64,000 nt of DNA from a virus. Below are positions 30,529 through 40,077 of the stretch, piece after piece; position 1 is the first letter of the stretch; every line of letters begins with the position of its first letter. A program made the translations under genes and the position numbers. The stretch spans positions 1-64,000 of IMG/VR virus record IMGVR_UViG_3300028800_000060. One strand, 5' to 3'. The notes under the pieces are model-generated. The model was not told where the DNA came from and made no database searches. It saw nothing but the letters and a program-made list of their open reading frames with translations.

Positions 30529-30732
30529 ATGGCAAGACAAATAAACGATATTTTGGAATTAGAACAAGAAAACGAACAATTGAAGGAAGCCTTGTATTTA
30601 CTAAAACAGGGCATGCAAAGGTTAAAACTTGAGTATTTTACCGATTCATTATCGTTGAGTGAAACAGCTATTGAAGAGGTTGATGAGGATTTAAATTCTC
30701 TTATTTCAATTATTGAAACTACCTTATATTAA
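30529..30732 (+). CDS. Hypothetical acidic helical protein
   Basis: ORF after a TTGACA promoter. Confidence 0.5.
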   Translation: MARQINDILELEQENEQLKEALYLLKQGMQRLKLEYFTDSLSLSETAIEEVDEDLNSLISIIETTLY

Positions 30733-30915
30733 GGATTCATTATGGCAAATTTTTTGAAATTTGTATGTTGTATTCTTTTGTTGGTACCGTCTATAGTAGG
30801 TATCATGTGTTGCTTAACCAATCCCCCAATTGCAGGACTTTGGGTAATAACTACGGTTTGTTTATTATACGTGTTAATACAGAGCGCCTTAAACGGTGTG
30901 TCTCTTTAAAATATT

Positions 30916-31827
30916 ATGCTTAATTTGAAAGGTCCCGATGGAGATCTTGGAGTTATCATTGCGAGATTTCAAACTCCCAGTCTCACACCAGCACATTGTG
31001 AATTGATTGAAACTGTCCGAGATAGGCATAAGAAATTTCTTATTATTCTTGGTATAGCACCAGTTTGTCCCTCAACAAAAAATCCTATGGACTTTGCGAC
31101 CAGATGGACTATGATTCAGGTGACATATCCAAATACTATAGTATTAGGAATACCTGATAGTAGAAGTGATGAAATTTGGTCTAACAGAGTAGATTCAGAG
31201 ATTCGAAATTTATTCCCCCACGAAAAAGTGGTTCTTTATGGCTCTCGTGATTCATTCATCAAGCACTATACTGGAAAGTTTTCGACAGTGGAACTCGATT
31301 CCAACTTGCCTATTTCAAGTACAGAAATGCGTAAAAATGCCTTTCATACGATCCGAGATACAGAAGATTTTCGACGTGGAATCTGTTATGCATGTGGCAA
31401 TCAATACCGAAAGAACGTATTGTGTGTGGATGTGGCAATCATCAACCCTAACCAACAACAACTTCTTCTTGGAAGAAAATTGGAAGATAATGGAAAATGG
31501 CGTTTCTTTGGTGGGCATGTAAACGCTAAAGAAACAGCAGAAGCTGCCGCACGCCGCGAAGCTCTGGAAGAAACTGGAGCATCTATAGATGGATTACTAT
31601 ACCTCGGAACAGCTCCCATAGATGACTGGCGTTATTCGGGTATACCCGATAGCATTTTTACTATTTTTTATGCTGGTGTTTTTCAATATGGGCATATTAA
31701 AAGTTCAGATGATATTGATGGAGATATCAGTTGGTTTAATTATAACGAATTGAAAGCTGATATGTTCGTTCCAGAACACCGTATTTTATTTGAGTTATTT
31801 CGTGAAAAAATAATTACAAAGGAATAA
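30916..31827 (+). CDS. Bifunctional NMN adenylyltransferase / Nudix hydrolase (NadM-Nudix, NatV-like)
   Basis: 'ARFQ..LTPAH', 'NPMDF..R', 'SSTEMR' and Nudix box 'GGHV...ETAEAAARREALEETG'. Confidence 0.9.
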   Translation: MLNLKGPDGDLGVIIARFQTPSLTPAHCELIETVRDRHKKFLIILGIAPVCPSTKNPMDFATRWTMIQVTYPNTIVLGIPDSRSDEIWSNRVDSEIRNLFPHEKVVLYGSRDSFIKHYTGKFSTVELDSNLPISSTEMRKNAFHTIRDTEDFRRGICYACGNQYRKNVLCVDVAIINPNQQQLLLGRKLEDNGKWRFFGGHVNAKETAEAAARREALEETGASIDGLLYLGTAPIDDWRYSGIPDSIFTIFYAGVFQYGHIKSSDDIDGDISWFNYNELKADMFVPEHRILFELFREKIITKE

Positions 31828-31828
31828 T

Positions 31829-32097
31829 ATGCAAACTATTAATGTACACGCAGAAGACCAGGTAATTTACCAAATATCAACAAAAAATATACCTTCAGGT
31901 TTTTTGTAGGAACTATTGGGGCTTATACTGGTTTATTTTTTAGAAGTGAATATGATGTTACCTTTTTGGGATATAATGAAACAAAAACAACTCCTGATGG
32001 TAATGGTAATTATACTAATTGGGGATATTCTAGAACCGATGTAGGATGTCTGGTTTTGTATTATAGGCCCGTTTCTGTAGATATTAAAGTTTGGTAG
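31829..32097 (+). pseudogene. Frameshifted small hypothetical gene between the two NAD genes
   Basis: MQTINVHAEDQ...IPSGF, shift in a T6 run, then VGTIGAYTGLFFR...RPVSVDIKVW*. Confidence 0.45.
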
Positions 32098-32115
32098 ATA
32101 TTTAAAAGACATTTC

Positions 32116-33609
32116 ATGCTTACAATTGAAAATTTTTCCGATCTTCATCCTTTAGCTTATGAGCTATTGGTAAATGTTATCATGGATTCAGATAGTTACA
32201 AGACCAGCCATTGGATGCAATATCCTCCTGGAACAGAGTTTGTTGTTAGCTATCTTGAAAGCCGCGGCGGCCAATTTGCCAAGACACGACAATTTGGTTA
32301 TCAATATCTTATTAAGAATCAATTTGCGGGTGTTGTGATCACCCACGAAATGATTGATGTTGCCAAATTTATTATTGTCCAACATATGGGCGGTATTCCG
32401 GAATACTTTAATGAAGCGGGATGGCGCTATATTGTTGATGTCTGCGGTGGAAAATTACCGATTTCTATTAGAATTATTCCAGAAGGATATCTTGTAGAAG
32501 TCCATAATGCTTTAGCAGTAGTAATAAATACTGATCCTAGATGTTTTTGGTTAGTTAATTATCTTGAAACGGCATTTCATCGAGCGTGGTATCCTGTCAC
32601 CGTCGCCACTCTTAGTGGAGAAATTAAGAAAATTATTCTTGAATTCTTAGAAACTTCTGGAACTCCTGCTCTTATCGATTTCATGTTGCAAGACTTTGGT
32701 TCTCGTGGAGTGACATGTCGCGAACAAGCTATGATTGGTGGTGCTTCACATGCCGTCAATTTTAAGGGTTCGGATACAATGGTTGCAATTGGTATGCTTG
32801 CACGGTATTACAAAGCTTCGAAGGTTCCTTTTTTCTCTGTTCCGGCGGCCGAGCATAGCACGATTACAACATGGACAAAAAAACACGAAGTAGATGCAGT
32901 AGAAAATATGCTGGATAAGTATCCAACAGGAATTGTCTCTATCGTTGGCGATTCTTTTGATATTTTCAATTTCTGTAAAGAAATTCTTGGAAAGCAATTA
33001 CGTGAAAAAGTAATGCGCAGGAATGGTGTAGTTGTTGTCCGACCGGATTCGAGTGATGGAGTAAAATATACCATAGAATCCGTTGTGCTTTCATTGCTCA
33101 ATATCCTTGATGGGGCTTTTGGTTCAGAACTTAACTCTAAAGGATATAGAGTCCTTCCTCCCTTCATTCGTGTTTTGCAAGGTGATGGAATGAACATTCA
33201 TTCTCTGCGCCGTTTGTGTGCGGCTATTGTGGCTGCCGGTTGGTCGTTAGATAATATTGCTTGTTTTGGTATGGGTGGTAAATTATTACAAGGAGTGGAT
33301 CGCGATACTCAGAGATTTGCTTTCAAGTGTTGTGCCATTTATGTTAATGGTGTTTGGCAAGAAGTTTATAAAGATCCTATTACCGATCCTGGTAAGACTT
33401 CGATTCGTGGAATTCCACATGTACTTTATCGCCAGGGAAGTGGTTTTAGAACAATGACTAGTTTAGATCTTTCACCGAAATATGGTGATCGATTGGTTGA
33501 AATTTTCCATAATGGTGAAATAGTCGTTGAAACTACTTTTGATGAAATTTTGGAAAATGTCGCAAAAGATGATTATGGTATTGTTATGAGTACCAAGAAT
33601 GGAAAATAA
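32116..33609 (+). CDS. nadV: Nicotinamide phosphoribosyltransferase
   Basis: 'DSYKTSHW.QYP', 'DFGSRG', 'FKGSDT', 'SVPAAEHS', 'VRPDS', 'QGDG', 'FGMGG.LLQ..DRDT..FA.K'. Confidence 0.95.
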   Translation: MLTIENFSDLHPLAYELLVNVIMDSDSYKTSHWMQYPPGTEFVVSYLESRGGQFAKTRQFGYQYLIKNQFAGVVITHEMIDVAKFIIVQHMGGIPEYFNEAGWRYIVDVCGGKLPISIRIIPEGYLVEVHNALAVVINTDPRCFWLVNYLETAFHRAWYPVTVATLSGEIKKIILEFLETSGTPALIDFMLQDFGSRGVTCREQAMIGGASHAVNFKGSDTMVAIGMLARYYKASKVPFFSVPAAEHSTITTWTKKHEVDAVENMLDKYPTGIVSIVGDSFDIFNFCKEILGKQLREKVMRRNGVVVVRPDSSDGVKYTIESVVLSLLNILDGAFGSELNSKGYRVLPPFIRVLQGDGMNIHSLRRLCAAIVAAGWSLDNIACFGMGGKLLQGVDRDTQRFAFKCCAIYVNGVWQEVYKDPITDPGKTSIRGIPHVLYRQGSGFRTMTSLDLSPKYGDRLVEIFHNGEIVVETTFDEILENVAKDDYGIVMSTKNGK

Positions 33610-33612
33610 TAC

Positions 33613-34152
33613 ATGAAAAACTTTTTCTTTTCTTTTCTGTTAGTATGCTCCGTTTTATTTGGACAGACAGCACATGTAAATACCAGTATCGATAATACCA
33701 AATACGATAAAGAACTTGTTCGGATCCAAAAATGGGTCAGACAGTATCAACATAAGTTTGGTATGGATGGTATCGATATTGGAGTATCTGTTGTTTCTCT
33801 GAAAGACCTTCAACCAAATACATGTGGTGATTCTTTATGGATATTGAAATTTGGGTTTCATTATGGAATCATACATGTCTTGCGCTTTGAAGATTATAAT
33901 TTACCAGGAAAACCTTGTCATTTTGCAAACCCCAGAAAAGATCAGGAAAATACGGTTGTTCATGAATTTGGCCATTTTGTTTTGAAATATGCAGAAGATG
34001 AAGAAATGGCGGTTTCTGTCTTTTCGAATATAATTGTACCAGAAAAGCCTATTAAAGAAAAGCCGAAAAAGGAACTACCTAAAAAGAAACCAATACCCAG
34101 TGATCTGATTTTTAACGATTATCAAAACCAACATTATCAGAATTTCCAATAA
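33613..34152 (+). CDS. Exported zincin-like protein (signal peptide + HExxH)
   Basis: N-terminal signal peptide; 'VVHEFGH...EE'. Confidence 0.55.
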   Translation: MKNFFFSFLLVCSVLFGQTAHVNTSIDNTKYDKELVRIQKWVRQYQHKFGMDGIDIGVSVVSLKDLQPNTCGDSLWILKFGFHYGIIHVLRFEDYNLPGKPCHFANPRKDQENTVVHEFGHFVLKYAEDEEMAVSVFSNIIVPEKPIKEKPKKELPKKKPIPSDLIFNDYQNQHYQNFQ

Positions 34153-34162
34153 GTATTCACCA

Positions 34163-34207
34163 AAAAATAGCGTCAAAAGAGGCAAAACCTCTTTTGACGC
34201 TATTTTT
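34163..34207. terminator. Bidirectional intrinsic terminator (20-bp perfect inverted repeat)
   Basis: AAAAATAGCGTCAAAAGAGG-caaaa-CCTCTTTTGACGCTATTTTT. Confidence 0.8.
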
Positions 34208-34415
34208 GTTTGTCCATAGACTTTTGTTGTTCTGATAGCTTTAAGAGTACTTGATCCCCGACGATCCCAGACTGGCCATTCGATTTTCGAAGCTAGAATG
34301 ATGAAAGATGCTAGATTTTTATTATCCTATTACAAAAATGACGTTTATTTTTTCTTGACAAATTGATTGACAAGAGTTATAATTGTTGTGTAGCCTATTT
34401 GAGATGGTATAAATT

Positions 34416-35360
34416 ATGACTTGTTGGAACGAAATAAAGAAATTAACTGGACAAAATACAAATGTGTCCAAGTATGTTTTTTCTAAAGATGATGCGGTAG
34501 CAGAATCGGTACTTTATAAGTACCCCACATATCAAGAGAGAACGGTAATCTGTTGCTCCACCCAGAGTGGTTGTCCCGTAGGATGCCGTTTCTGTGGTTC
34601 AGGAGATTATTTTGTTCGTAATCTAACAACCAAAGAAATTCTTTCACAACCACTGGCTTTGTTGGAACAAACAGGAGTTGATCCTAATAGTATCAATAAA
34701 CTCCAGATTATGTTTATGAGTATGGGAGAACCTATGCTTAATCAAAAGCAATTATTTCCCGCACTACGTAAACTATATGAATTGTACCCCGAGGCAGCTT
34801 TACTCATTTCGACTATTGGTCCTTCATTGGATTATTATGAATTTTATCAAATTAGCCGAGAAATTCCGACAATTGGTTTACAATTCTCAGTTCATGAGAG
34901 TACTGATGTTGCCCGTGATCAATTGATTCCTTTCCGGAATAAAATGAGCTTACAAGAACTTGCTTGTGTTGGTGAAAATTGGTTTTATGAAACTGGCGGA
35001 AGACATCCATTTTTCAATTATTGCGCGAACGTACACAATACGACGGATGCGGATGTTGAGAGATTAGAACGATTATTTGATCCTTCTATATTCCAAGCAA
35101 CTATTTCGGTAATTTGTGAACGTGAAGAGACAGTGGCGGCATCTAATAGCCGTCAAAAGCAATTGGCATTAGATTTTATGCAAAAATTAAATTATTCCGG
35201 ATATTCTACCAGATGTTTTGATCCTGCGGGCCAAGATGACATTGGTGGTGGATGTGGTCAGTTATGGTATGTCCAAGATTGGATGAAAAATAACCCAGGA
35301 CATGTTCGTCCTAGTGTGGGACATGGTTTAGTTAGAATTCATACTCCTAAAAATAGTTGA
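34416..35360 (+). CDS. RlmN/Cfr-like class A radical SAM RNA methyltransferase
   Basis: 'CCSTQSGCPVGCRFC', 'MSMGEP', 'SVH', 'DIGGGCGQL'; both catalytic Cys positions are present. Confidence 0.85.
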   Translation: MTCWNEIKKLTGQNTNVSKYVFSKDDAVAESVLYKYPTYQERTVICCSTQSGCPVGCRFCGSGDYFVRNLTTKEILSQPLALLEQTGVDPNSINKLQIMFMSMGEPMLNQKQLFPALRKLYELYPEAALLISTIGPSLDYYEFYQISREIPTIGLQFSVHESTDVARDQLIPFRNKMSLQELACVGENWFYETGGRHPFFNYCANVHNTTDADVERLERLFDPSIFQATISVICEREETVAASNSRQKQLALDFMQKLNYSGYSTRCFDPAGQDDIGGGCGQLWYVQDWMKNNPGHVRPSVGHGLVRIHTPKNS

Positions 35361-35421
35361 AATCAGAATTATTTTGTGTTATTCTGTAAGTATAGAAAAA
35401 TGATAATGAAAAGGAATAATC

Positions 35422-36438
35422 ATGTCGGATCATAAATGTGAGGTAGTTCCAGTAGTGTTGGAAAAGCATCCAAATGCCGATGCTCTTTCCATTGTGAATG
35501 TGTTTGATGGATACCAGGTCTGTGTGCGTACGGCAGATTGGACGGGAGTCGATGTGGGGGTTTATATTCCTCCCGATTCTATAGTTCCTGATACCGAACA
35601 ATTCAAATTCCTTGAGGGACATTTGCGAATTAAAGCTAAGAAACTTCGTGGTATTGAAAGCTATGGTCTATTAGTTCCTGTTCCGTTAATGGATGACCCC
35701 ATTGGATGGAATAAGAAAGAATTTGAAATTGGAGAGGATCTTTCTGAGGAGATGGGAATCAAACACTATGAACCTGAAATGTCCTCATTCATTAAACGGT
35801 CGGTAGGTAATTTTTCTGATCCACCTCCCATCGCCGGTTCCATTTATGATATGGAAGCCTGGAAGAAATACGGACATGAATTTGTGGATGGAGAAGAAGT
35901 TGTAATTACTGAAAAGATCCATGGTACAAATTCAAGATATACATTCCAGAATGGACGAATGTATTGTGGATCTCATAATACATGGAAGAAACAAGATCCT
36001 GATGGTACGACTCAAAATATTTATTGGAACATACTTACAATCCATCCATGGGTAGAAGCGTTTTGTCGTTTGAATCCGAATGTTATTTTGTATGGAGAAA
36101 TTTTTGGTGAAGTGCAGAAAGGTTTTAATTATGGCTCAACTCAAGACAATCCTTACCAGTTTCGTGCTTTTGATGTGTACGCCGGTGGGCGTTTCCTTGA
36201 TTACGATGATGCTCTTGGCAACGCCAGCAGTGATTTTTTGGTTCCCGTCCTCTACCGGGGACCATATTCTTCTGAGGTTGTTGTAAAGCATACATCCGGT
36301 TTAACTACATTAGGACGAGGACATATTAGAGAAGGTGTTGTTATTAAACCCACCAAGGAACGTTATAGTGAAAGATTACGGGGACGTCTTATTCTCAAGA
36401 ATGTATCTATAGAATATTTGGAAGGAAAAAAGAAATGA
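35422..36438 (+). CDS. RNA ligase (DRB0094/Rnl5-like, with N-terminal OB domain)
   Basis: 'HPNADAL', 'LRGIESYGL', 'TEKIHGTN', 'YGEIFG', 'FDV', 'REGVVIK', 'LK'. Confidence 0.88.
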   Translation: MSDHKCEVVPVVLEKHPNADALSIVNVFDGYQVCVRTADWTGVDVGVYIPPDSIVPDTEQFKFLEGHLRIKAKKLRGIESYGLLVPVPLMDDPIGWNKKEFEIGEDLSEEMGIKHYEPEMSSFIKRSVGNFSDPPPIAGSIYDMEAWKKYGHEFVDGEEVVITEKIHGTNSRYTFQNGRMYCGSHNTWKKQDPDGTTQNIYWNILTIHPWVEAFCRLNPNVILYGEIFGEVQKGFNYGSTQDNPYQFRAFDVYAGGRFLDYDDALGNASSDFLVPVLYRGPYSSEVVVKHTSGLTTLGRGHIREGVVIKPTKERYSERLRGRLILKNVSIEYLEGKKK

Positions 36439-36725
36439 TTAAATTTGAAAAAACGCCGCAATTAAACGATCATACATATGAATCTGGGAATATTCCTCCC
36501 GGAAAAACTTTTATGTGCAGGTATAAAAATGATGAAAATGATTGTGATGACTGTCCTAATGCCATTTATATGATGGTAAATCCTAGAATGGATGGGGAGG
36601 GAGTATGTGACATCTTGGTTAACCTAAAAACCGGATTAGGTACTCCATGTATACAAGATGGCAAGTATTTGATGTTAACAGATTTCCGCTTTGTAGACAT
36701 TATGGCAAAGTGTAAAAACGCCTGA
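36435..36725 (+). CDS. Hypothetical protein
   Basis: Coupled ORF. Confidence 0.5.
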   Translation: MIKFEKTPQLNDHTYESGNIPPGKTFMCRYKNDENDCDDCPNAIYMMVNPRMDGEGVCDILVNLKTGLGTPCIQDGKYLMLTDFRFVDIMAKCKNA

Positions 36726-36903
36726 AAAATGAAGAACCAAAAAGAACTTATATGGTTAACTGACGACTTGATTGCTCGTCTTAACCATATAAGAAATCGG
36801 GCAAATAAACCCGATTTCTCTCGAAAAGAGTGGGAGTTATATATTAACCAGTTTTCGGTGTTAGAAATTGAAACTCTGAAAAATTGGTTGGGAATATAAA
36901 TAA

Positions 36904-37257
36904 ATGCCTAAAATAAAAACCAAAGTAAAAAAGCGAATCGAGGAAGTTAAAAATAAATATTTCCAGTGGACTTTCGAAGTCTCAGGAACTTATAATCCTG
37001 ATGGTGACTCTAACTTTTTAGGCAAAGTAAAAGATGAGGCTGGAAGAGTTGTAATGACCATTAAAGAAGATCCAGATTTCAATCAACTCTCACGCCTAAT
37101 TCGGACATCAAAATATCTAACTAAACCTACCGATATGAAAGGCCTGGCCGAATACATTTGGGATCGTAATTTACTTCCTATGGATCCTGAAGATAAAGCG
37201 GAATGGCAAAAGAAAAAGCGTATTCCTATTGACGTTAAGTATATAACCGTCATATAA
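36904..37257 (+). CDS. Hypothetical protein (late promoter TATAAATA upstream)
   Basis: ORF; YozE-like 'L.EYI' helix; tataaata just upstream. Confidence 0.5.
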   Translation: MPKIKTKVKKRIEEVKNKYFQWTFEVSGTYNPDGDSNFLGKVKDEAGRVVMTIKEDPDFNQLSRLIRTSKYLTKPTDMKGLAEYIWDRNLLPMDPEDKAEWQKKKRIPIDVKYITVI

Positions 37258-37265
37258 TAGTAAAT

Positions 37266-37532
37266 ATGCTTCAAGAAAAACGACAGCTATGTAGAGCTTG
37301 TGCTTTAGGTGATAATAAATTGAGCCATAATGGCGATCCCTATTCATGCATAAATGGAAGAGAAGAACTGATTAAATATCTTCCCGCAAAAGAACAATTG
37401 GTACAATTGTTAATACACGAGAGATTATCACATGATATGTTGGAATATATTGAAGCACTGGCAAAAGAAAGAAATAAAACTCCGATTGAAATTATTCGTG
37501 AGGAAGGATTAAATTTACTAGAAAATATTTAG
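37266..37532 (+). CDS. Hypothetical protein with C-terminal RHH-like segment
   Basis: ORF. Confidence 0.45.
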   Translation: MLQEKRQLCRACALGDNKLSHNGDPYSCINGREELIKYLPAKEQLVQLLIHERLSHDMLEYIEALAKERNKTPIEIIREEGLNLLENI

Positions 37533-37604
37533 CAGCCGTGGCTGCGTTATATATTTTCTAGTAAGATTCATTTTTGTTTGACATCCTAAACGAGGTATGA
37601 TACA

Positions 37605-37820
37605 ATGGTAGTGAAGAAGAAAGCTAGTCAGTTGCGTGTAAATGATAAGATTTTAGGCAATACAAATTATTATATTATTACATCTGTAAAAAATAGTACT
37701 TTTACCGGAAGTACATATCCAGTTATTGAAGTAGTCGATGCCTTTGGAAATAAAAAGACTATCGAAACTGGATCTAGTGAGAAGTTGCAGGATCATATTT
37801 ACGAAGTTGAAGTAATGTAA
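37605..37820 (+). CDS. Small SH3-like hypothetical protein
   Basis: 'KASQLRVNDKI'; sigma70 promoter TTGACA-17-TACAAT. Confidence 0.5.
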   Translation: MVVKKKASQLRVNDKILGNTNYYIITSVKNSTFTGSTYPVIEVVDAFGNKKTIETGSSEKLQDHIYEVEVM

Positions 37821-37824
37821 AAAT

Positions 37825-37914
37825 GGAGGGTTGGCAGAGTCCGGCTGATCGCGACTGGTTGCTAACCAGTTAGGCCTCGCAAGGGCCTCATAGGTTCAAA
37901 TCCTATATCCTCCG
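37825..37914 (+). tRNA. tRNA-Ser(GCT), CCA not encoded
   Basis: GGAGGGT acceptor, ACTGG-ttGCTaa-CCAGT, long variable arm, TTCAAAT T-loop. Confidence 0.9.
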
Positions 37915-37922
37915 GAGGTTTT

Positions 37923-37986
37923 TATGTAGTTAGTAAGGTGCTTACGTGTTAAATGGCTGATTCAGTCTTGCCAGGAAAGCTACATA
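37923..37986 (+). ncRNA. Putative three-way-junction small RNA between tRNA-Ser and tRNA-Arg
   Basis: TATGTAGTT/AGCTACATA closing stem; GTAAG/CTTAC and TGGC/GCCA inner hairpins. Confidence 0.4.
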
Positions 37987-37987
37987 C

Positions 37988-38063
37988 GCCCCTATCGTCT
38001 AATAGGATAAGGCATTGGTCTTCTAAACCAACAACCGGGGTTCGAATCCCTGTAGGGGTACCA
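37988..38063 (+). tRNA. tRNA-Arg(TCT)
   Basis: TTGGT-ctTCTaa-ACCAA, GGTTCGAATCC, ACCA end. Confidence 0.92.
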
Positions 38064-38086
38064 AATTATTTGAAAGGTGAATTATT

Positions 38087-38302
38087 ATGACAATTGACGA
38101 TGCTCTTATTAGACTCAACCAATTAAAAGAAGATTGGGGAGGTAATGAACCTTTGTTTCTTGTTGATAGAAGAGATAATCGATTATTCAACGAAAGACCT
38201 TTGGGTCATAATGACATGTGTCCTCCAACTGGTAAAATTTATATAGGTTATGGATACAATCAAAATGCTTCAATTGACATCTTTGATGATTTTTGGGATT
38301 AG
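38087..38302 (+). CDS. Hypothetical protein
   Basis: ORF with AAAGGTG RBS. Confidence 0.5.
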   Translation: MTIDDALIRLNQLKEDWGGNEPLFLVDRRDNRLFNERPLGHNDMCPPTGKIYIGYGYNQNASIDIFDDFWD

Positions 38303-38512
38303 GTGAATCTTATGAACGCAAGAACAACGCCCTTCTAAGGCGGGTGTTGGGATATGAAAATTTTGGTTGTTATTTTCCTTGCTCACTATGTGATTTATTA
38401 GATGCTAATAAATTTGCATGTGTCATGCAGGTAATGTTATATGATTTTAATAGGGATAACTAGATTGACATTTATGTTTCTTGTGTGATATACTTGATTT
38501 GTTGAAAGAAAT

Positions 38513-38587
38513 GGCCCCATAATTCAGTGGTAGAAAGCTCTCCTTATAAGGGGTATGTCGGTGGTTCGAATCCATCTGGGGCTACCA
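38513..38587 (+). tRNA. tRNA-Ile(TAT)
   Basis: GGCCCCA/TGGGGCT acceptor, loop ctTATaa, GGTTCGAATCC, ACCA end. Confidence 0.85.
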
Positions 38588-38631
38588 TATCAAAATCGAA
38601 CCTCTACAATATTTAGTAGAGGTTCGATTAT

Positions 38632-39128
38632 ATGAAATTTTGTCCTAAATGTAAAAAAGAACGTTCTAAACACGGAATATTTTGTAGTAGATCTTGTGCT
38701 AATTCTCGGAAATTTTCCGAGGTATCTTGTCAAAAGAAATCGGAATCTAATAAGAACTGGTATCTCCCGAATATAAAAAATCCTTATTAGAAAAAAGTAT
38801 TTTCTCAAAAAGAAGTATTGATAAATCCCAAAAGATTAAGCAACAAATAAAAGATGGACGTCTTTGGGAAGAGTTGTGTTATGATCTAAAGAAAGAAAAA
38901 GTAAGATTAGAACAAAATGGATTCTGTAATAAATGTGGTTTAAATACATGGTTAAATGAACCAATTGTATTGGAAATTCATCACATTGACCATGATAGTA
39001 TAAATGATACGCGAGAAAATTTAGAAGGTTTATGTCCTAATTGTCATTCGGTGACAGATAATTGGAGAGGTCGAGGAAAGAAATTTAAACGGAATAAACT
39101 TAACAAAAAGAAGATTTCTTCTTTTTGA
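38632..39128 (+). mobile_element. Free-standing HNH homing endonuclease, interrupted (stop/frameshift near 38790)
   Basis: N-part MKFCPKC...FCSRSCANSR; C-part 'CNKC...LEIHHIDHD..ND.RENL..LCPNCHS.T'; inside the tRNA cluster. Confidence 0.75.
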
Positions 39129-39241
39129 CATTTACACTTTGTTGTGATATATTAGATGAGTATGACAACACACAATTTTGTGGTTGTTTACCATTAGTTC
39201 ATTATGTAGGTGAATGTTCGCATGCGATATTTTAAAGTTTT

Positions 39242-39316
39242 GACCTGGTAGCTCAATGGTAGAGCTTTCGGCTTTTAACCGAAAGGTTGTGGGTTCGAGT
39301 CCCACCCGGGTCACCA
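39242..39316 (+). tRNA. tRNA-Lys(TTT)
   Basis: TTCGG-ctTTTaa-CCGAA, canonical D and T arms, ACCA. Confidence 0.95.
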
Positions 39317-39325
39317 AAAGTTTGT

Positions 39326-39419
39326 GTCCCTTAGTGGTGAAGGTATAGCCTTCCTCAGCAAAGAATAAACTTTGTCAGGGACCGCCCGTCTTAGACCACG
39401 GTAATTACCGTGAATCTAA
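39326..39419 (+). ncRNA. Putative structured RNA after tRNA-Lys
   Basis: GTCCCT/AGGGAC closing GAAGG/CCTTC and CAAAG/CTTTG hairpins, followed by the hairpin TTAGA-CCACGG/CCGTG-TCTAA. Confidence 0.4.
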
Positions 39420-39444
39420 ATCCGTAAAGAAAAAGGAAAACTAT

Positions 39445-39789
39445 ATGATTAAATTTGAAACACCGTATCTTGGAAAGGTAATTATCCGATTCAAGCATTA
39501 TCTTCCAAAAGTTGTTGTCCCTAACCAAAACAATTCTCTGGTTTCAATTGTGAATGGAATTAAGTTAATTCCTGGTCACACCGAATGTATTTTGCAGATT
39601 GATTGCGACCAGAATAATCAACCATTGTATCAATTTTTTGGTTTCGCAGATCTTCATCCTTCTGATAATTATAAGAAGGAGACGGGACGAGTTTTGGCTC
39701 TTAATCGTGCTGTTGAAGCTATGACCGAATCGGAACTTTTTGGAGATGCAGATTCACGCGCAGTTATGGCTGGATATTATAGTCGTTAA
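39445..39789 (+). CDS. Hypothetical protein
   Basis: 'G.A.LHPSDNY.KETGR.LAL.RA', a common phage motif. Confidence 0.55.
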   Translation: MIKFETPYLGKVIIRFKHYLPKVVVPNQNNSLVSIVNGIKLIPGHTECILQIDCDQNNQPLYQFFGFADLHPSDNYKKETGRVLALNRAVEAMTESELFGDADSRAVMAGYYSR

Positions 39790-39825
39790 AAGTAGTATGT
39801 GGCCTTCGGGCCACTGGAGTATTTT

Positions 39826-40077
39826 ATGAAATTAAAAATTGGTGATCTAATTAAAGCATACCATTCTGGTATTCATGAAGTAACAGTAGAACCCGGATAT
39901 GCTAAGACTGTTGGGTATAAACAAGTTTATACTAATGAAGGAAAACCTTTTAGGGGTAAAAATTATGTTTGTCATGTGGATTATTGCCGAAAGATTGACC
40001 CCGAATGGATTGAAGGGGAAGTTGCAATTCATAAACTAGTTATAAAGCAATTATATGATTTAATTAACCATGTTTGA
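39826..40077 (+). CDS. Hypothetical SH3-like protein
   Basis: 'MKLKIGDLI' with GGAG RBS. Confidence 0.5.
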   Translation: MKLKIGDLIKAYHSGIHEVTVEPGYAKTVGYKQVYTNEGKPFRGKNYVCHVDYCRKIDPEWIEGEVAIHKLVIKQLYDLINHV

